A stretch of DNA of 64,000 nucleotides from an uncultured bacterium (GTDB taxonomy: Bacteria; Acidobacteriota; Thermoanaerobaculia; Multivoradales; JAHZIX01): assembly GCA_965368975.1 (NCBI GenBank), contig CBDUPA010000014.1, positions 32,001-96,000 on the forward strand. The letters run 5' to 3'. The notes under the pieces were generated by a model. It was not told the DNA's origin and did no database searches. It worked only from the letters and a program-made list of their open reading frames with translations. This document shows, in pieces, positions 8,835-18,569 of the stretch. Positions within the stretch are counted from its first letter, which is position 1. Each line of letters starts with the position of its first letter. Both the position numbers and the translations under genes were made by a program.

Positions 8835-9341
8835 ATGAACCACGACTTCCTCCAAGATCTCGAATTCCTCGGCGTCACGGCTCGCATCAAGCGCCTCAGC
8901 GACGCGCTGGGCACTAGCATCCGGGATTTCTACCGGGCCAACGACGTCGATCTCGAACCCAGCTGGCACCTGGTTCTGCTGCTGCTCCAGGACCGCACCG
9001 CCACCTTGACCGAGATCGCCAGGAGTCTTCACCTGTCGCAGCCGGCGATGACCAAGCTGATCGGCCGGATGACCGCCAAGGGCTACCTCGAAGTGCAGCC
9101 GGATGCCACTGACAGTCGAAAGAAGAACATCTGCCTGTCCGACCAGGCTCGGCAGCGGCTGCCCGCCTTCGAACGACTCTGGAGCGCGGGACAGGCGGCG
9201 ATCCGGGAGATTCTGGAAGCAGACACGGCCTTCCTCGACGGCCTTGCTGCACTCGAAACCCAGCTGGTAGACAAGGACTTCGCGGAACGGGCGCTGGCAC
9301 AACTCGACCAAGGCCAAGACACACACGGAGATACGGCATGA
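8835..9341 (+). CDS. MarR-family transcriptional regulator
   Basis: TLTEIARSLHLSQPAMTKLIGRM..DATDSRK winged helix. Confidence 0.9.
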   Translation: MNHDFLQDLEFLGVTARIKRLSDALGTSIRDFYRANDVDLEPSWHLVLLLLQDRTATLTEIARSLHLSQPAMTKLIGRMTAKGYLEVQPDATDSRKKNICLSDQARQRLPAFERLWSAGQAAIREILEADTAFLDGLAALETQLVDKDFAERALAQLDQGQDTHGDTA

Positions 9342-10312
9342 TTCGGATCGGCAACACACCTCTGGTGAAGCTGCAGCATCTGCCATCCAAGGACAGCGCG
9401 GACGTCTACGTGAAGTTCGAGGGCGCCAACCCGACGGGCAGCATGAAGGACCGCATGGCGCTGTCGATGATCGAGGGTGCAGAGCGGAGGGGCGAGTTGA
9501 AGCCCGGCGGCCGGGTGGTCGAGTATACGGGTGGTAGTACCGGCAGCTCACTGGCGATGGTCTGTGCCAGCCGCGGCTACCAGGCTCATTTTGTGTCTTC
9601 CGATGGCTTCTCCGCGGAGAAGCTGCAGACCATGCGGGCGTTCGGAGCGACGGTCGAGATCATCCACGCCGAGAACGGGATCCTCACCGCCGACGTGATC
9701 GACCGCATGATCGCCCGGGCCCGAGAGTTGATTGGCGAACCCGGTACCTTCTGGCCGGACCAGGTCAACAACCCGGACAACAAGCTCGGCTACCACGGCA
9801 TGGCGCGCGAGATCCTCGACCAACTGGGTGGCAATATCGACGAGTTCGTCATGGCGGTCGGCGGCGGGGGCTGCATCTCCGGTAACGCGGAGATTCTCAA
9901 ACAGGAGGCGCCGGCGGTCCGCGTCGTGGCGGTGGAGCCAGATCAGGTGCGCAACATTTCCGGCGCCGATACCAGCGGCCAGCACCGTCTCGAGGGGATC
10001 GGTCTAGGCTTCGTACCAAAGATCCTGCGACGCGACCTGATCGATCACGTGGTGCCGGTGAAGGACGCGGACGCCTATCGCACCGCCAATGAACTGGCGC
10101 GCCGGGAAGGAATCCTCGGCGGCATTACCTCGGGGGCGAATGTCTGGACGGCGCTACAGCGGGCACGGCAGCTCGGACCGGGCACGACGGTGGTCACTGT
10201 GATCATCGATTCGGGCCTGCGCTACCTGCACGGTGACCTGTACCAGCACCCGGTGGAAGCGAGTAGCGCAGCGCGTCAAGCTGAGGCCACGCCGCCTGGC
10301 GACGAGCCCTGA
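9338..10312 (+). CDS. Cysteine synthase family PLP enzyme (CysK-like)
   Basis: IGNTPLV, KFEGANPTGSMKDR, GGSTG, EGIG, GITSGAN. ATGA overlap with MarR. Confidence 0.9.
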   Translation: MIRIGNTPLVKLQHLPSKDSADVYVKFEGANPTGSMKDRMALSMIEGAERRGELKPGGRVVEYTGGSTGSSLAMVCASRGYQAHFVSSDGFSAEKLQTMRAFGATVEIIHAENGILTADVIDRMIARARELIGEPGTFWPDQVNNPDNKLGYHGMAREILDQLGGNIDEFVMAVGGGGCISGNAEILKQEAPAVRVVAVEPDQVRNISGADTSGQHRLEGIGLGFVPKILRRDLIDHVVPVKDADAYRTANELARREGILGGITSGANVWTALQRARQLGPGTTVVTVIIDSGLRYLHGDLYQHPVEASSAARQAEATPPGDEP

Positions 10313-11607
10313 GCTGCAAGCTCTTCCTGGAGCGCGCGCTTGCGCACCGGGTTGTGCTCGAGATCACACTCGGGCATGACGGGGTGGGAACGAGCAAAGA
10401 GGCGGGTCAAGGGCGAGGCGGTCAGGCCGTGGAGAAGAACGCTGAGCAGAACGGTCAGCAGGACCACCTGGACGATCTGCTCGCTGTGGGGCACGTAGAG
10501 TTCTTCGAGCAACAGGATGGCGAACAGGATCGACGCCAGGCCGCGCGGTCCGAACCAGCCGACGTAGAGGCGGGTCGAGGTGTCGAACCCCGAGCCCAGT
10601 AGCGCAACAGCCACTGGCAGCATGCGCAGCACGGTCAGACTTGCGATGGCGTAGATCCAGGCGGACAAAGGAGCATCGGCCAGCGTCGGCCAAGCGATCG
10701 TCAAGCCGACGAGGAAGAAGGTCACCAGCATCAAGAGCTGCCCTTCCGCCTCGGCGAAATCCCACAGGCACTCGCAGACTTGCTGCGAGGAGTTGCCCAG
10801 TACGAGCCCTGCCACGAAGGTCGCGATGAAGCCGTTGCCACCGACCGCAATGGCTGCCGTGTAGGCGATCAGGGCAATCGCCAAGCCGGCGATCTCCTGA
10901 TAGGCATGACTCATCGCCTGGAGCTGAATCGCCCGCCCCATCGCCCACGCTGCCACAGCACCAATGACGAGGCCGACCAAGGGGCCCAGCAGAACCTGCT
11001 TGGCGGCAAAGGTAGCGCAGTGGTCCAAGGTCAGCATTTCGCCTTCGACCATCTGCCCAACGCCAGCGAGGGAAGCGAAGATCACGACCATCGGTACGGC
11101 GATGCCGTCGTTGAGACCGCTCTCGGCGCTCAGACCTTGACGAATCTGCAACGGCACCTCTTCACTGGTCACCACCGCCTGGCCGAGCGCCGCGTCGGTG
11201 GGAGCCAAGACAGCACCGATCAAGGCGAGCTCCCAAGGTCCAAGACCCGGAATCAGCGGCGCGGCTGCAGCCGCGCCGAGCGCAACCGTCAACGGCATGC
11301 CGATCGCCAGCAAGCGCACCGGCAGGCCGGCACCCCGCACGAGTGAACGGACGTTGATCTGCGCCGCGTCGGTGAACAACACCACCACCAGGGTGAGCTC
11401 GCCCAGCAAGTGGATCACCGATTCCAGGTGCTCGGCACCCTGGAACGGCGAGGGGATGCCCAGGAGGTCCAGGGCCGGCGCAGCCAGCAGCATGCCAAAA
11501 CCAACGAAAGCCAAAGGCGGCGTGATCACCCCCCGGCCGAGGCGGCGCGACAGGAGCCCGAAACCGAATACCAGGATGGCGAGAACAAGAATGGCGGAGT
11601 CGTACAT
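10276..11607 (-). CDS. CPA1/NhaP-type cation:proton antiporter
   Basis: PTDAALG, ESGLNDG, GWFGPRGLAS motifs and many TM segments. Confidence 0.9.
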   Translation of the reverse strand: MYDSAILVLAILVFGFGLLSRRLGRGVITPPLAFVGFGMLLAAPALDLLGIPSPFQGAEHLESVIHLLGELTLVVVLFTDAAQINVRSLVRGAGLPVRLLAIGMPLTVALGAAAAAPLIPGLGPWELALIGAVLAPTDAALGQAVVTSEEVPLQIRQGLSAESGLNDGIAVPMVVIFASLAGVGQMVEGEMLTLDHCATFAAKQVLLGPLVGLVIGAVAAWAMGRAIQLQAMSHAYQEIAGLAIALIAYTAAIAVGGNGFIATFVAGLVLGNSSQQVCECLWDFAEAEGQLLMLVTFFLVGLTIAWPTLADAPLSAWIYAIASLTVLRMLPVAVALLGSGFDTSTRLYVGWFGPRGLASILFAILLLEELYVPHSEQIVQVVLLTVLLSVLLHGLTASPLTRLFARSHPVMPECDLEHNPVRKRALQEELAAQGSSPGGVASA

Positions 11608-11868
11608 GCAGTCTCACTTTCGGTGCCGCGGTGCAGGAAATCCTCAGATACCAAGTCCGTCGATCTGGCGCGGCCAGATATCAGGGCCGGCCAGATATCA
11701 AGGCGACCAGGTATCAAGGCGACCAGGCATGACGGGTGGTCGTAGATCGAGTTCTCTGTACTGTACGACTACTACCCATCTTCGGATCGATCGACCAGCG
11801 GCTGCCTTCCGACCCCACACCCACTTCTCGCTCGCCTAAGACCAACCTCCTCTGCATCAGGGCTCTAC

Positions 11869-11897
11869 TTGACGCCCGAAGAACGTATATATAATGT
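11869..11897 (+). promoter_or_regulatory. Sigma70 promoter of the TA operon (probably leaderless)
   Basis: TTGACG at 11869, TATAAT at 11890, ATG at 11904 with no SD sequence. Confidence 0.55.
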
Positions 11898-11903
11898 ACA
11901 TAC

Positions 11904-12149
11904 ATGGAAAGGAAACTTGTTCAGGCTGGCGGCTCGCTGGCCGTGACCCTACCCGCAGAGGTCGTCAACGCGTTCGGCCTCGAAAAGGGAATGTCGGTCG
12001 ACGTGACGGTGCACCCCAAGACAGGAGCCGTCACCATACGCCCCGGCGTTCGCTTCGCGGAGGATGGCAAGGTCACCGAGCGCTTCGACCGTGCCATTGA
12101 CGACCTACTCGACCGCCGTTCCGAGCTCTACCGCCGACTGGCCAAGTAA
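11904..12149 (+). CDS. AbrB/MazE-fold antitoxin
   Basis: RKLVQAGGSLAVTLP..GLEKG AbrB motif and C-terminal ELYRRLAK as in Doc partners. Confidence 0.85.
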   Translation: MERKLVQAGGSLAVTLPAEVVNAFGLEKGMSVDVTVHPKTGAVTIRPGVRFAEDGKVTERFDRAIDDLLDRRSELYRRLAK

Positions 12150-12159
12150 GGGACCTCGG

Positions 12160-12552
12160 GTGTCCCTCTACCTCGCGCTCGACCAGGTTCTGCGCATCCA
12201 CGAGCGTCAGATCGAGCGTTTCGGCGGCTCCCAGGGCGTCCGAGATCAGGGTGCTCTCGAAGCCGCGATCGCTCGACCCCAGGCGACGTTCGGCGGCGAC
12301 GACCTCTACCCCGATATCGCCGCGAAGGCCGCCGCTCTACTCCACTCCCTGATCGCTAATCATCCCTTCGTGGATGGCAACAAGCGCACCGCTGCGATGA
12401 GCGCTGAACTGTTCCTGCTCTTCAACGGCCTGGAATTACTGGCGGACGATGACGACCTGGAAACGGCCACTATGGCGGCCGCGCGCGGCGAACTGGGCGC
12501 CGAAGAGCTGGCGATCTGGATGCGCCAGCGACTGGAGTCGATCGAGTCCTGA
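12160..12552 (+). CDS. doc: Death-on-curing (Doc/Fic) toxin
   Basis: HPFVDGNKRTA Doc motif, GVRDQGALEAAIARP. GTG start at 12160. Confidence 0.9.
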   Translation: MSLYLALDQVLRIHERQIERFGGSQGVRDQGALEAAIARPQATFGGDDLYPDIAAKAAALLHSLIANHPFVDGNKRTAAMSAELFLLFNGLELLADDDDLETATMAAARGELGAEELAIWMRQRLESIES

Positions 12553-12566
12553 GATGACAGTCGACC

Positions 12567-13241
12567 CTAGTCCTGGTACGGTTCAAGCCATAGAGCGACA
12601 AGGCTGACTTCGCTGGCCTGAACTCCTAATTCTTCGGCAATGAATCCCCTGAGTGCTGGCTCGTCAGTCTCGGTACCGCCGTAGTCAGCAGGTTTCTGGA
12701 ATCTCCCTCGATTGGCCCACCACAACTTCTCCATCTCGACAGCGACGGGATCAACAACCTGATCGGTAACCTGTGCCTCCCACTGCCCATTTCTTAGCGG
12801 TTTCTCGCCACTTACTCCACCGCCATCGGGAGCAAACGAGAGGTTTGCATAGTAGCTCCCAGTACCGAGGAGGCTGGTATCCGGAGAGATCAGAAGAAAG
12901 ACCTGAACAAAGTGAACTCCCGTATCTTGAAGCACTTCGACTGCAGCCTTCATTGAGGTTTGCACTCTCGCTGCTCTAGAAACAGCTTTTGAATAGATGA
13001 AGGCCCGGACACGCTGGCGCCGGTGGACACTGGTGTCTTCTATCTGGACGAGTTGGTAAGACTGCGCTTGATCCAGCGAGATTGGAGACTGAAATTCGGC
13101 TGAAGGCTGTTTCACGGGCTGTGGGTCCAGGTGTTTCACAAGTGAGTACAGAGGCCAAACGATCGCCAAGACAAGCACGAAACCGAGCGCCCATCGCTCG
13201 ATCTGTTGTGAACTACTCTTCGGTGCTTCTAGGTCACTCAC
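12567..13241 (-). CDS. Membrane-anchored hypothetical protein (DUF4875-like)
   Basis: N-terminal TM, R.QTSMKAA..FAPDGGGVSG resembles DUF4875 from memory. Lower GC than flanks. Confidence 0.55.
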   Translation of the reverse strand: MSDLEAPKSSSQQIERWALGFVLVLAIVWPLYSLVKHLDPQPVKQPSAEFQSPISLDQAQSYQLVQIEDTSVHRRQRVRAFIYSKAVSRAARVQTSMKAAVEVLQDTGVHFVQVFLLISPDTSLLGTGSYYANLSFAPDGGGVSGEKPLRNGQWEAQVTDQVVDPVAVEMEKLWWANRGRFQKPADYGGTETDEPALRGFIAEELGVQASEVSLVALWLEPYQD

Positions 13242-13446
13242 AGACTTCCTCCCTATCTGCCATAAGTTCTCGGGCTAGGAGCCTACAGACTCCCTTCCAA
13301 CTAGTTTCCTCACCGCTGCGACTCGTGACACTCAACTCATGAGCGATGGAACAGTCTGAGTCAGTAGGGCGCTGGACTCGCAGCAAAACAACCACTGACT
13401 GGTCGCCTCGCCGCCCACTCCCCCTCGGCAGGGCTACAATCCCGCC

Positions 13447-15414
13447 ATGGCCACCCACTCCTCTCCCCTCCGCACCCGCTTCTCTACCCCCTCGACCTAC
13501 CTCCTGTGGACACTCGTCCTGCTCGTCCAGGCCGCGACGCTGTACCTGCTGCTCGACGTGCTGGCGACGGGCCGGCCCGAGATCCTGCTCGGCGAGGTGC
13601 CGCCGGAGGCACCGCTGGCGCCGCTGTTCGCCAGTCCACTGACGTGGTTGCTGATGCTCCTCGTACTACCCTTGCTGGCCCTGCGCGAGGAGCACTTCTG
13701 GACCTCGTTTTCGACCTGGGTGCTGTTCTGGACGCCCGCGCTGGCCTTCGCGCTCGTGCTGCGGCTGCTCGGGCTCGATCTGCCCGTCGGGCCGGTGCTG
13801 TCGGGCCTGCTGGGGTTGGTGCTGGTGAGTGGCTTGCTGCTGGCGCTGACGTGGTTCGTGGCCAAGCGCTTGAAGGCCCAGAAGGTGCGGACGAGCACCT
13901 GGTGGCGACTCGGGCGGGTAGCGGTGACGTTTGCGCTGCCGGTTCTGTTGCTGTGGGCGGCAACGTCTCTGCCGCGAGCCTTCGACCCGACGCAGCAACT
14001 GCGCCTGTTCAGCCGCGGGGTCGTGCCGAGCTTCCCGTTTCCGGGGTTCTGGCGTGGCGACTGGACGCCGAGCCAGCTGTACCGTCTCGATGCGACGAGC
14101 CGGGCGACGCTCGACGAGCTGGAGCTGACCGCCGACCTGCACCTGGTGGTGGACCCGAGCGATCCGATCGAGCCCTACGCGCGCGAGCTGGTAGCGCGCA
14201 TAGCACGGGCCGCTCCGGACGTCGTCGTGCGCATCTCGCGGCCAGACTGGGGCACCGCGTCGATGCCGCCCGCCGGCTACCTGCGGCTCACCACGACGTA
14301 CGGTGAGCGCACGCTGGGCTTGGACGAGCTGGTGGCGCAGGACGAGGGCAAGGTGACGCTCTTCCTGGAACCGGCGGTGGTCGGCGCGCTGGCGGAGCTG
14401 GCAGGACGGGCACCACGGGTGGCGGTGAGCCAGGATCACGGCGAGCTGCCGCTCCCGGGCTCGGAATTGGCGACAGAGGATCCGGCGGAGGAGCCAGAGA
14501 GCGCGATGGCACCACCGCGCGAGAACCTGGCTCTGCTGGCGCCGCTGCTCGATGCCCAGGGCGTGCGTGTCGAGCGCTGGACACCAGAGGCGACCCGGCA
14601 GCCAGACCTGGTGCTCGTCGCGGGGCCACGCACGCCGTGGTCCGTGGAGGAAGTCCGTCGACTCGACGCTCACTTCCGCCAAGGCGGCGCGCTATGGCTC
14701 CTGCTCGACCCACGTTTCGGTAGGAGCGAACAAGGCGAGCAGGTCGACCCGAACTTTATAGACCTGGGGCTGGAGACCTGGCTAGCGACGCTGGGCGTCG
14801 AGGTGGAGCGCAACGTGGTGGTCGATCCGGCGGGACGGCTGGACGCGGTGGGACCGGAAACCTTCACCGTGCGCCACTACGCGCAGCATCCGGCGATCCG
14901 CAGCATCGCGGGCGTCGCACCGACACAACCGGCGGTGGTCGCGCTCGCTCGCTCGGTGCGACGTAGGGCAGAGGCTCCGGACGGCATCGACGTCTCCGGC
15001 GTGCGCGTCACCGAGCTACTGCACACGTCGCGCCTGGGCTGGGGTGAGACGTCCCCGGCTGCCGCGGGGGGCAGCTTCCAGGACGCGGCCGACCTGGCGG
15101 GGCCGGTGCCCCTGGCGGTAGCGATCGAGACGGCCGTCGACAGCCGCTTCCGTGGCGGCAGGATGTTGGTCTGGGGCGACGCCAGCTGTGTCAACGACGC
15201 CCTGCTCAGCCGCGGTGCCAACGCACAGCTGGTGCGCTACGGTCTCGCCTGGTTGCTCAGGCGTAGCGAACGCATCGCCATCCCACCGACACAGTTCCAA
15301 GTACCGCGCTGGGATGCCGGGCCGGCAGCGTCCACGCTCGGCTGGATCTTGACACTGCTGGTGCTGGCACCGCTCGTCGCCACACTGGTGCTGTGGCGAC
15401 GGCGGGCCAGGTAG
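13447..15414 (+). CDS. GldG-like ABC-transporter auxiliary membrane protein
   Basis: N-terminal TMs, DWTPSQLYRL, LVLVAGPRTPW..GGALWLLLDP, GRMLVWGD, C-terminal TM. TACAAT 6 nt before the ATG. Confidence 0.75.
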   Translation: MATHSSPLRTRFSTPSTYLLWTLVLLVQAATLYLLLDVLATGRPEILLGEVPPEAPLAPLFASPLTWLLMLLVLPLLALREEHFWTSFSTWVLFWTPALAFALVLRLLGLDLPVGPVLSGLLGLVLVSGLLLALTWFVAKRLKAQKVRTSTWWRLGRVAVTFALPVLLLWAATSLPRAFDPTQQLRLFSRGVVPSFPFPGFWRGDWTPSQLYRLDATSRATLDELELTADLHLVVDPSDPIEPYARELVARIARAAPDVVVRISRPDWGTASMPPAGYLRLTTTYGERTLGLDELVAQDEGKVTLFLEPAVVGALAELAGRAPRVAVSQDHGELPLPGSELATEDPAEEPESAMAPPRENLALLAPLLDAQGVRVERWTPEATRQPDLVLVAGPRTPWSVEEVRRLDAHFRQGGALWLLLDPRFGRSEQGEQVDPNFIDLGLETWLATLGVEVERNVVVDPAGRLDAVGPETFTVRHYAQHPAIRSIAGVAPTQPAVVALARSVRRRAEAPDGIDVSGVRVTELLHTSRLGWGETSPAAAGGSFQDAADLAGPVPLAVAIETAVDSRFRGGRMLVWGDASCVNDALLSRGANAQLVRYGLAWLLRRSERIAIPPTQFQVPRWDAGPAASTLGWILTLLVLAPLVATLVLWRRRAR

Positions 15415-15441
15415 ATTTCACCAAGCACAGCTCGACGAGGC

Positions 15442-17748
15442 CTAGGCGGTAGCTTGCGCCTCTTCCCGCTCGTCCAACCGCCGAACCTGACGCAGACGGT
15501 ACGCCATCGCCAGCAGACCGCCGGCGAGGACAACGTAGAGGCCGTACCACACCAGCTTGATCAGCGGCTTGCGGGTGACGTCGAGACTCAGGCGCGCGGC
15601 GGCGCCGGGGTCCTGGACGCCAAAGCCGGCGAAGGCCAGGGTGGCGATCTCTTCGGTGGGATTGAGGTTGCCGAAAACAACACGGCCACCATTGGCCAGC
15701 GGCAAGACCGGGGTCTGCGCTTGCTGGGTGACCGGGTTTACCAGGAACTGCGGCATCACGCGCTGCGCCTCGCCGCTGCCATCGCGCATCTCGAGTACGG
15801 CACGGACGGCGATCGAGGCACCGGTGTTGGCGGCCAACTGAGTAGCCGCGTCGTCCGGAGCGTCAAAGCCGACCAGACGGAACGTTGTGCTGCCGACCTG
15901 GGTCTCTTCGCCCGGACGTAGTTCGGCCTGCACCCATGGATTGGGAGCGCGTTGCGGCCGGTATTCGAGCGGCGAGATGTACAGGTCACCGGTCATCATC
16001 TTGCGGATGTGCGGGCGTGCCATCAGCTGGCCGGTACGGTCGTTGGTGAACATCTGCGGATAGCTGTAGTAGATGTCGCCGCCCGCCTTCTCGACGCGCA
16101 CTTCCATCCGCTCGCGGTGGTTGTCGTTGCGCGGCACGAGGCCGGTGAAGGTGAGGGTCAGGTCGCCGACCTGGGTCGCACTGCCTTGCTGCAGGGTCAC
16201 CTTGGTGCTGTGATCGTAGGCCGAGGAGGCCAGGAAGCCGAGCAACATGATGCCGACGCCGACGTGCGTCAGGTAACCGCCGATCCGTGCCGCACTGCCA
16301 CTGCGGGCCATCTGCACGACCTTCTGCAGGTTCGACGTCAAGGCCGCGACTGCCAGCAGCACCATCAGCAGGTGCAGGCCGCGCACGCCGAGCAGGAAGG
16401 ACAGCGCCGCGCCGGCGAGGCCGACGCCGCAGGCCATCAGGATCTTGCCGCCCAGCTCCTCTTTGCTCGTCTCGCGCCAGCTGAGGAAGGGCACGCCGAT
16501 CAGCAACGACGCCACCAGCAGGGCAAGCGGGAAGTTGACGCGGTTGTACCACTCGGGACCGACCTGCGCCGAGAACTCGCCCAGGCTGGTGATCAGCGGC
16601 GCCGAGGTGCCAACGGTGACGACAATCGCCGAGGTCAACACCACCAGGGTGCCGAGCACCATGAAGCTGCCCCGCGACAGGACCGGATCGGTGTTGGGTG
16701 CCGTCGGCACGCCGCGCAGGCGTAGCGCCAGCAGCACCGCCGACAGACCGCCGAAGAAGGCCATCTGCAGGATCAGCAAGCCGGAGATACCGAGATCGAC
16801 GAAACTGTGGACGGAGAAGTCGGCGAGCACGCCGGAGCGGGTCAGGAAAGTGCCGTAGAGCACGGACATGTAGGTCAGGCAGGCGATGATCAGGTTGCCA
16901 CGGCGGTACCGATTGCGCGTGCGCTCCATGTACAAACCGTGGATCAGCACGGTGATCAGCAACCATGGGATCAACGACGCATTCTCCACCGGGTCCCAGC
17001 CCCAGTAGCCGCCCCAGCCGAGCGTCTTGTAGGCCCAATAGCCACCCATCAAGATAGCGGCGCCGAGCACCAGGAAGCCCGCCAGGGCCCACGGGAAGGC
17101 GCGCGTCGCCCAGTCGCGGTAGTCGCGTTTCCACAGCGCCGCGATGGCGAAGGCGAAAGGAACGGCGCTCAGGGCGTAGCCGATGAACATGATCGGCGGA
17201 TGGATGACCATCCAGTCGTCCTGCAGCAGTGGATTGAGGCCCTTGCCGTCGACCGGCGCATCGCCGAGCATGACGAAGGGATTCTCACGCACCAGGATCA
17301 GCATCAGGCCGAGTACGGTGAGGCTGTAGACCAGCATCACCGGCGCCTCCAGCTTCTTGCCACACGTGCGTGCCACCAACACGCCAAGCAGCGTCGACCA
17401 GAGCAGCCAGATCAGGAAGCTACCCTTCTGGCCGGCCCAGAAGGCGGCGAACTGGAAGTGGATCGGTAGCTCGAGTCCGGAGTACTGGAAGACGTACTCG
17501 ATGCGGAAATCGCGACGCACCAAGCACAGGGCGAAGACGAGGCAGGTCAGCCCCAAGGCCAGGGCGCTCAAACCGTAGGCGCGGCGCGCGAACGGCAGGT
17601 GTACCGACGTGCTACCGGCCTTCGGCGTCTCGTTGAGCGCCAAGGCATAGCCCCACAGGGCGGTGAGCAGCAGTCCGAGAGAACACCACAGCGCGACGGC
17701 ACCGGGCAGGTAGAACTGGGAGAAGGTGTCAGCCAGGAACGCGACCAT
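15442..17748 (-). CDS. ccmF: Cytochrome c biogenesis heme lyase CcmF
   Basis: WAGQKGS, GLNPLLQ..IHPP, WGGYWGWDPVEN (WWD motif), TRSG..SVHSF. Confidence 0.95.
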   Translation of the reverse strand: MVAFLADTFSQFYLPGAVALWCSLGLLLTALWGYALALNETPKAGSTSVHLPFARRAYGLSALALGLTCLVFALCLVRRDFRIEYVFQYSGLELPIHFQFAAFWAGQKGSFLIWLLWSTLLGVLVARTCGKKLEAPVMLVYSLTVLGLMLILVRENPFVMLGDAPVDGKGLNPLLQDDWMVIHPPIMFIGYALSAVPFAFAIAALWKRDYRDWATRAFPWALAGFLVLGAAILMGGYWAYKTLGWGGYWGWDPVENASLIPWLLITVLIHGLYMERTRNRYRRGNLIIACLTYMSVLYGTFLTRSGVLADFSVHSFVDLGISGLLILQMAFFGGLSAVLLALRLRGVPTAPNTDPVLSRGSFMVLGTLVVLTSAIVVTVGTSAPLITSLGEFSAQVGPEWYNRVNFPLALLVASLLIGVPFLSWRETSKEELGGKILMACGVGLAGAALSFLLGVRGLHLLMVLLAVAALTSNLQKVVQMARSGSAARIGGYLTHVGVGIMLLGFLASSAYDHSTKVTLQQGSATQVGDLTLTFTGLVPRNDNHRERMEVRVEKAGGDIYYSYPQMFTNDRTGQLMARPHIRKMMTGDLYISPLEYRPQRAPNPWVQAELRPGEETQVGSTTFRLVGFDAPDDAATQLAANTGASIAVRAVLEMRDGSGEAQRVMPQFLVNPVTQQAQTPVLPLANGGRVVFGNLNPTEEIATLAFAGFGVQDPGAAARLSLDVTRKPLIKLVWYGLYVVLAGGLLAMAYRLRQVRRLDEREEAQATA

Positions 17749-18230
17749 CAGTCGTAGCTCTTGCTTTCGCTGCTATCCGACTCGTAACTCTGGTAGCCGT
17801 CTTCCTCGCCGCCGTAGCCTTCGACCTCGGCACCCTGGTACTTGCTCGGGCACTTGACCAACAGCTTGTCGGCAGCCATGACGCCGGTACCGGCGACACC
17901 GGCGCCCGCAGTGGCCTCTGGCTCGTAGCGGCCAATGGCGACGATGCTGATCGCTTCCTCGAAGTTGGCCGGCTTGACGCCGTGGTAACGCACGCGCAGG
18001 GTCTCGCCGGTCTCTTCTTCGACCAAGGTGAAATACAGCGCTTCGGCGATCTCGTCGTAGCTGGCGCTACCGGCCTCCAAGCCACCAGCCACTTGCACCA
18101 TGCGCGACGCCTGGCGTGCTTGATCGAAAGGCACGTAGGGAGTCAGCGCCTGGTTGAAGGAGGTGAAGGCGAAGCCGGCGAACAGCACCAGCATCGCGGC
18201 GCCCAGCAGGTAGGTCTTGTTCAGCTTCAT
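17748..18230 (-). CDS. ccmE: Heme chaperone CcmE, Cys variant (KCPSKY)
   Basis: N-terminal TM, VRYHGVKPANF, LLVKCPSKY. ATG 18230 overlaps the upstream stop. Confidence 0.9.
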   Translation of the reverse strand: MKLNKTYLLGAAMLVLFAGFAFTSFNQALTPYVPFDQARQASRMVQVAGGLEAGSASYDEIAEALYFTLVEEETGETLRVRYHGVKPANFEEAISIVAIGRYEPEATAGAGVAGTGVMAADKLLVKCPSKYQGAEVEGYGGEEDGYQSYESDSSESKSYD

Positions 18231-18370
18231 GACTGCGAATCCCCTTCCAGCGCGCCCTTCTCCAGCTCGCGGATCTTCTTGTTCAGGTGCAGCAGATAGA
18301 GGAAGAGCCCGGTCCAGATGACCAGGTTTACCGCCATCACCCACGTGGTATCGCCGAGTCCAGTCTCCAT
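18227..18370 (-). CDS. ccmD: CcmD-like small membrane protein (47 aa)
   Basis: Hand translation METGLGDTTWVMAVNLVIWTGLFLYLLHLNKKIRELEKGALEGDSQS, GAGGAG RBS, ATGA coupling to ccmE. Confidence 0.8.
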   Translation of the reverse strand: METGLGDTTWVMAVNLVIWTGLFLYLLHLNKKIRELEKGALEGDSQS

Positions 18371-18478
18371 GATGCTCCTCTCTGGTGTGGTATTGGCCCG
18401 GTGTCGTGTCGGCCCAGGGGCGAATCAGCTCCGTATCGTGGACCGGTGCGGCAGCTCGGCAGAGCTTCCGTGGGAAGG

Positions 18479-18507
18479 ATTGTAACGGCCCTTGACAAGG
18501 CACTCAA
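18479..18507 (-). promoter_or_regulatory. Sigma70 promoter for ccmDEF
   Basis: Minus strand TTGAGT-17 nt-TACAAT. Confidence 0.55.
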
Positions 18508-18569
18508 CCGCCTTTTGGGTAGGTCGGTGGCGACTCGGAAGCCAGGCTATCTCGGGTAGACTGGCGACA

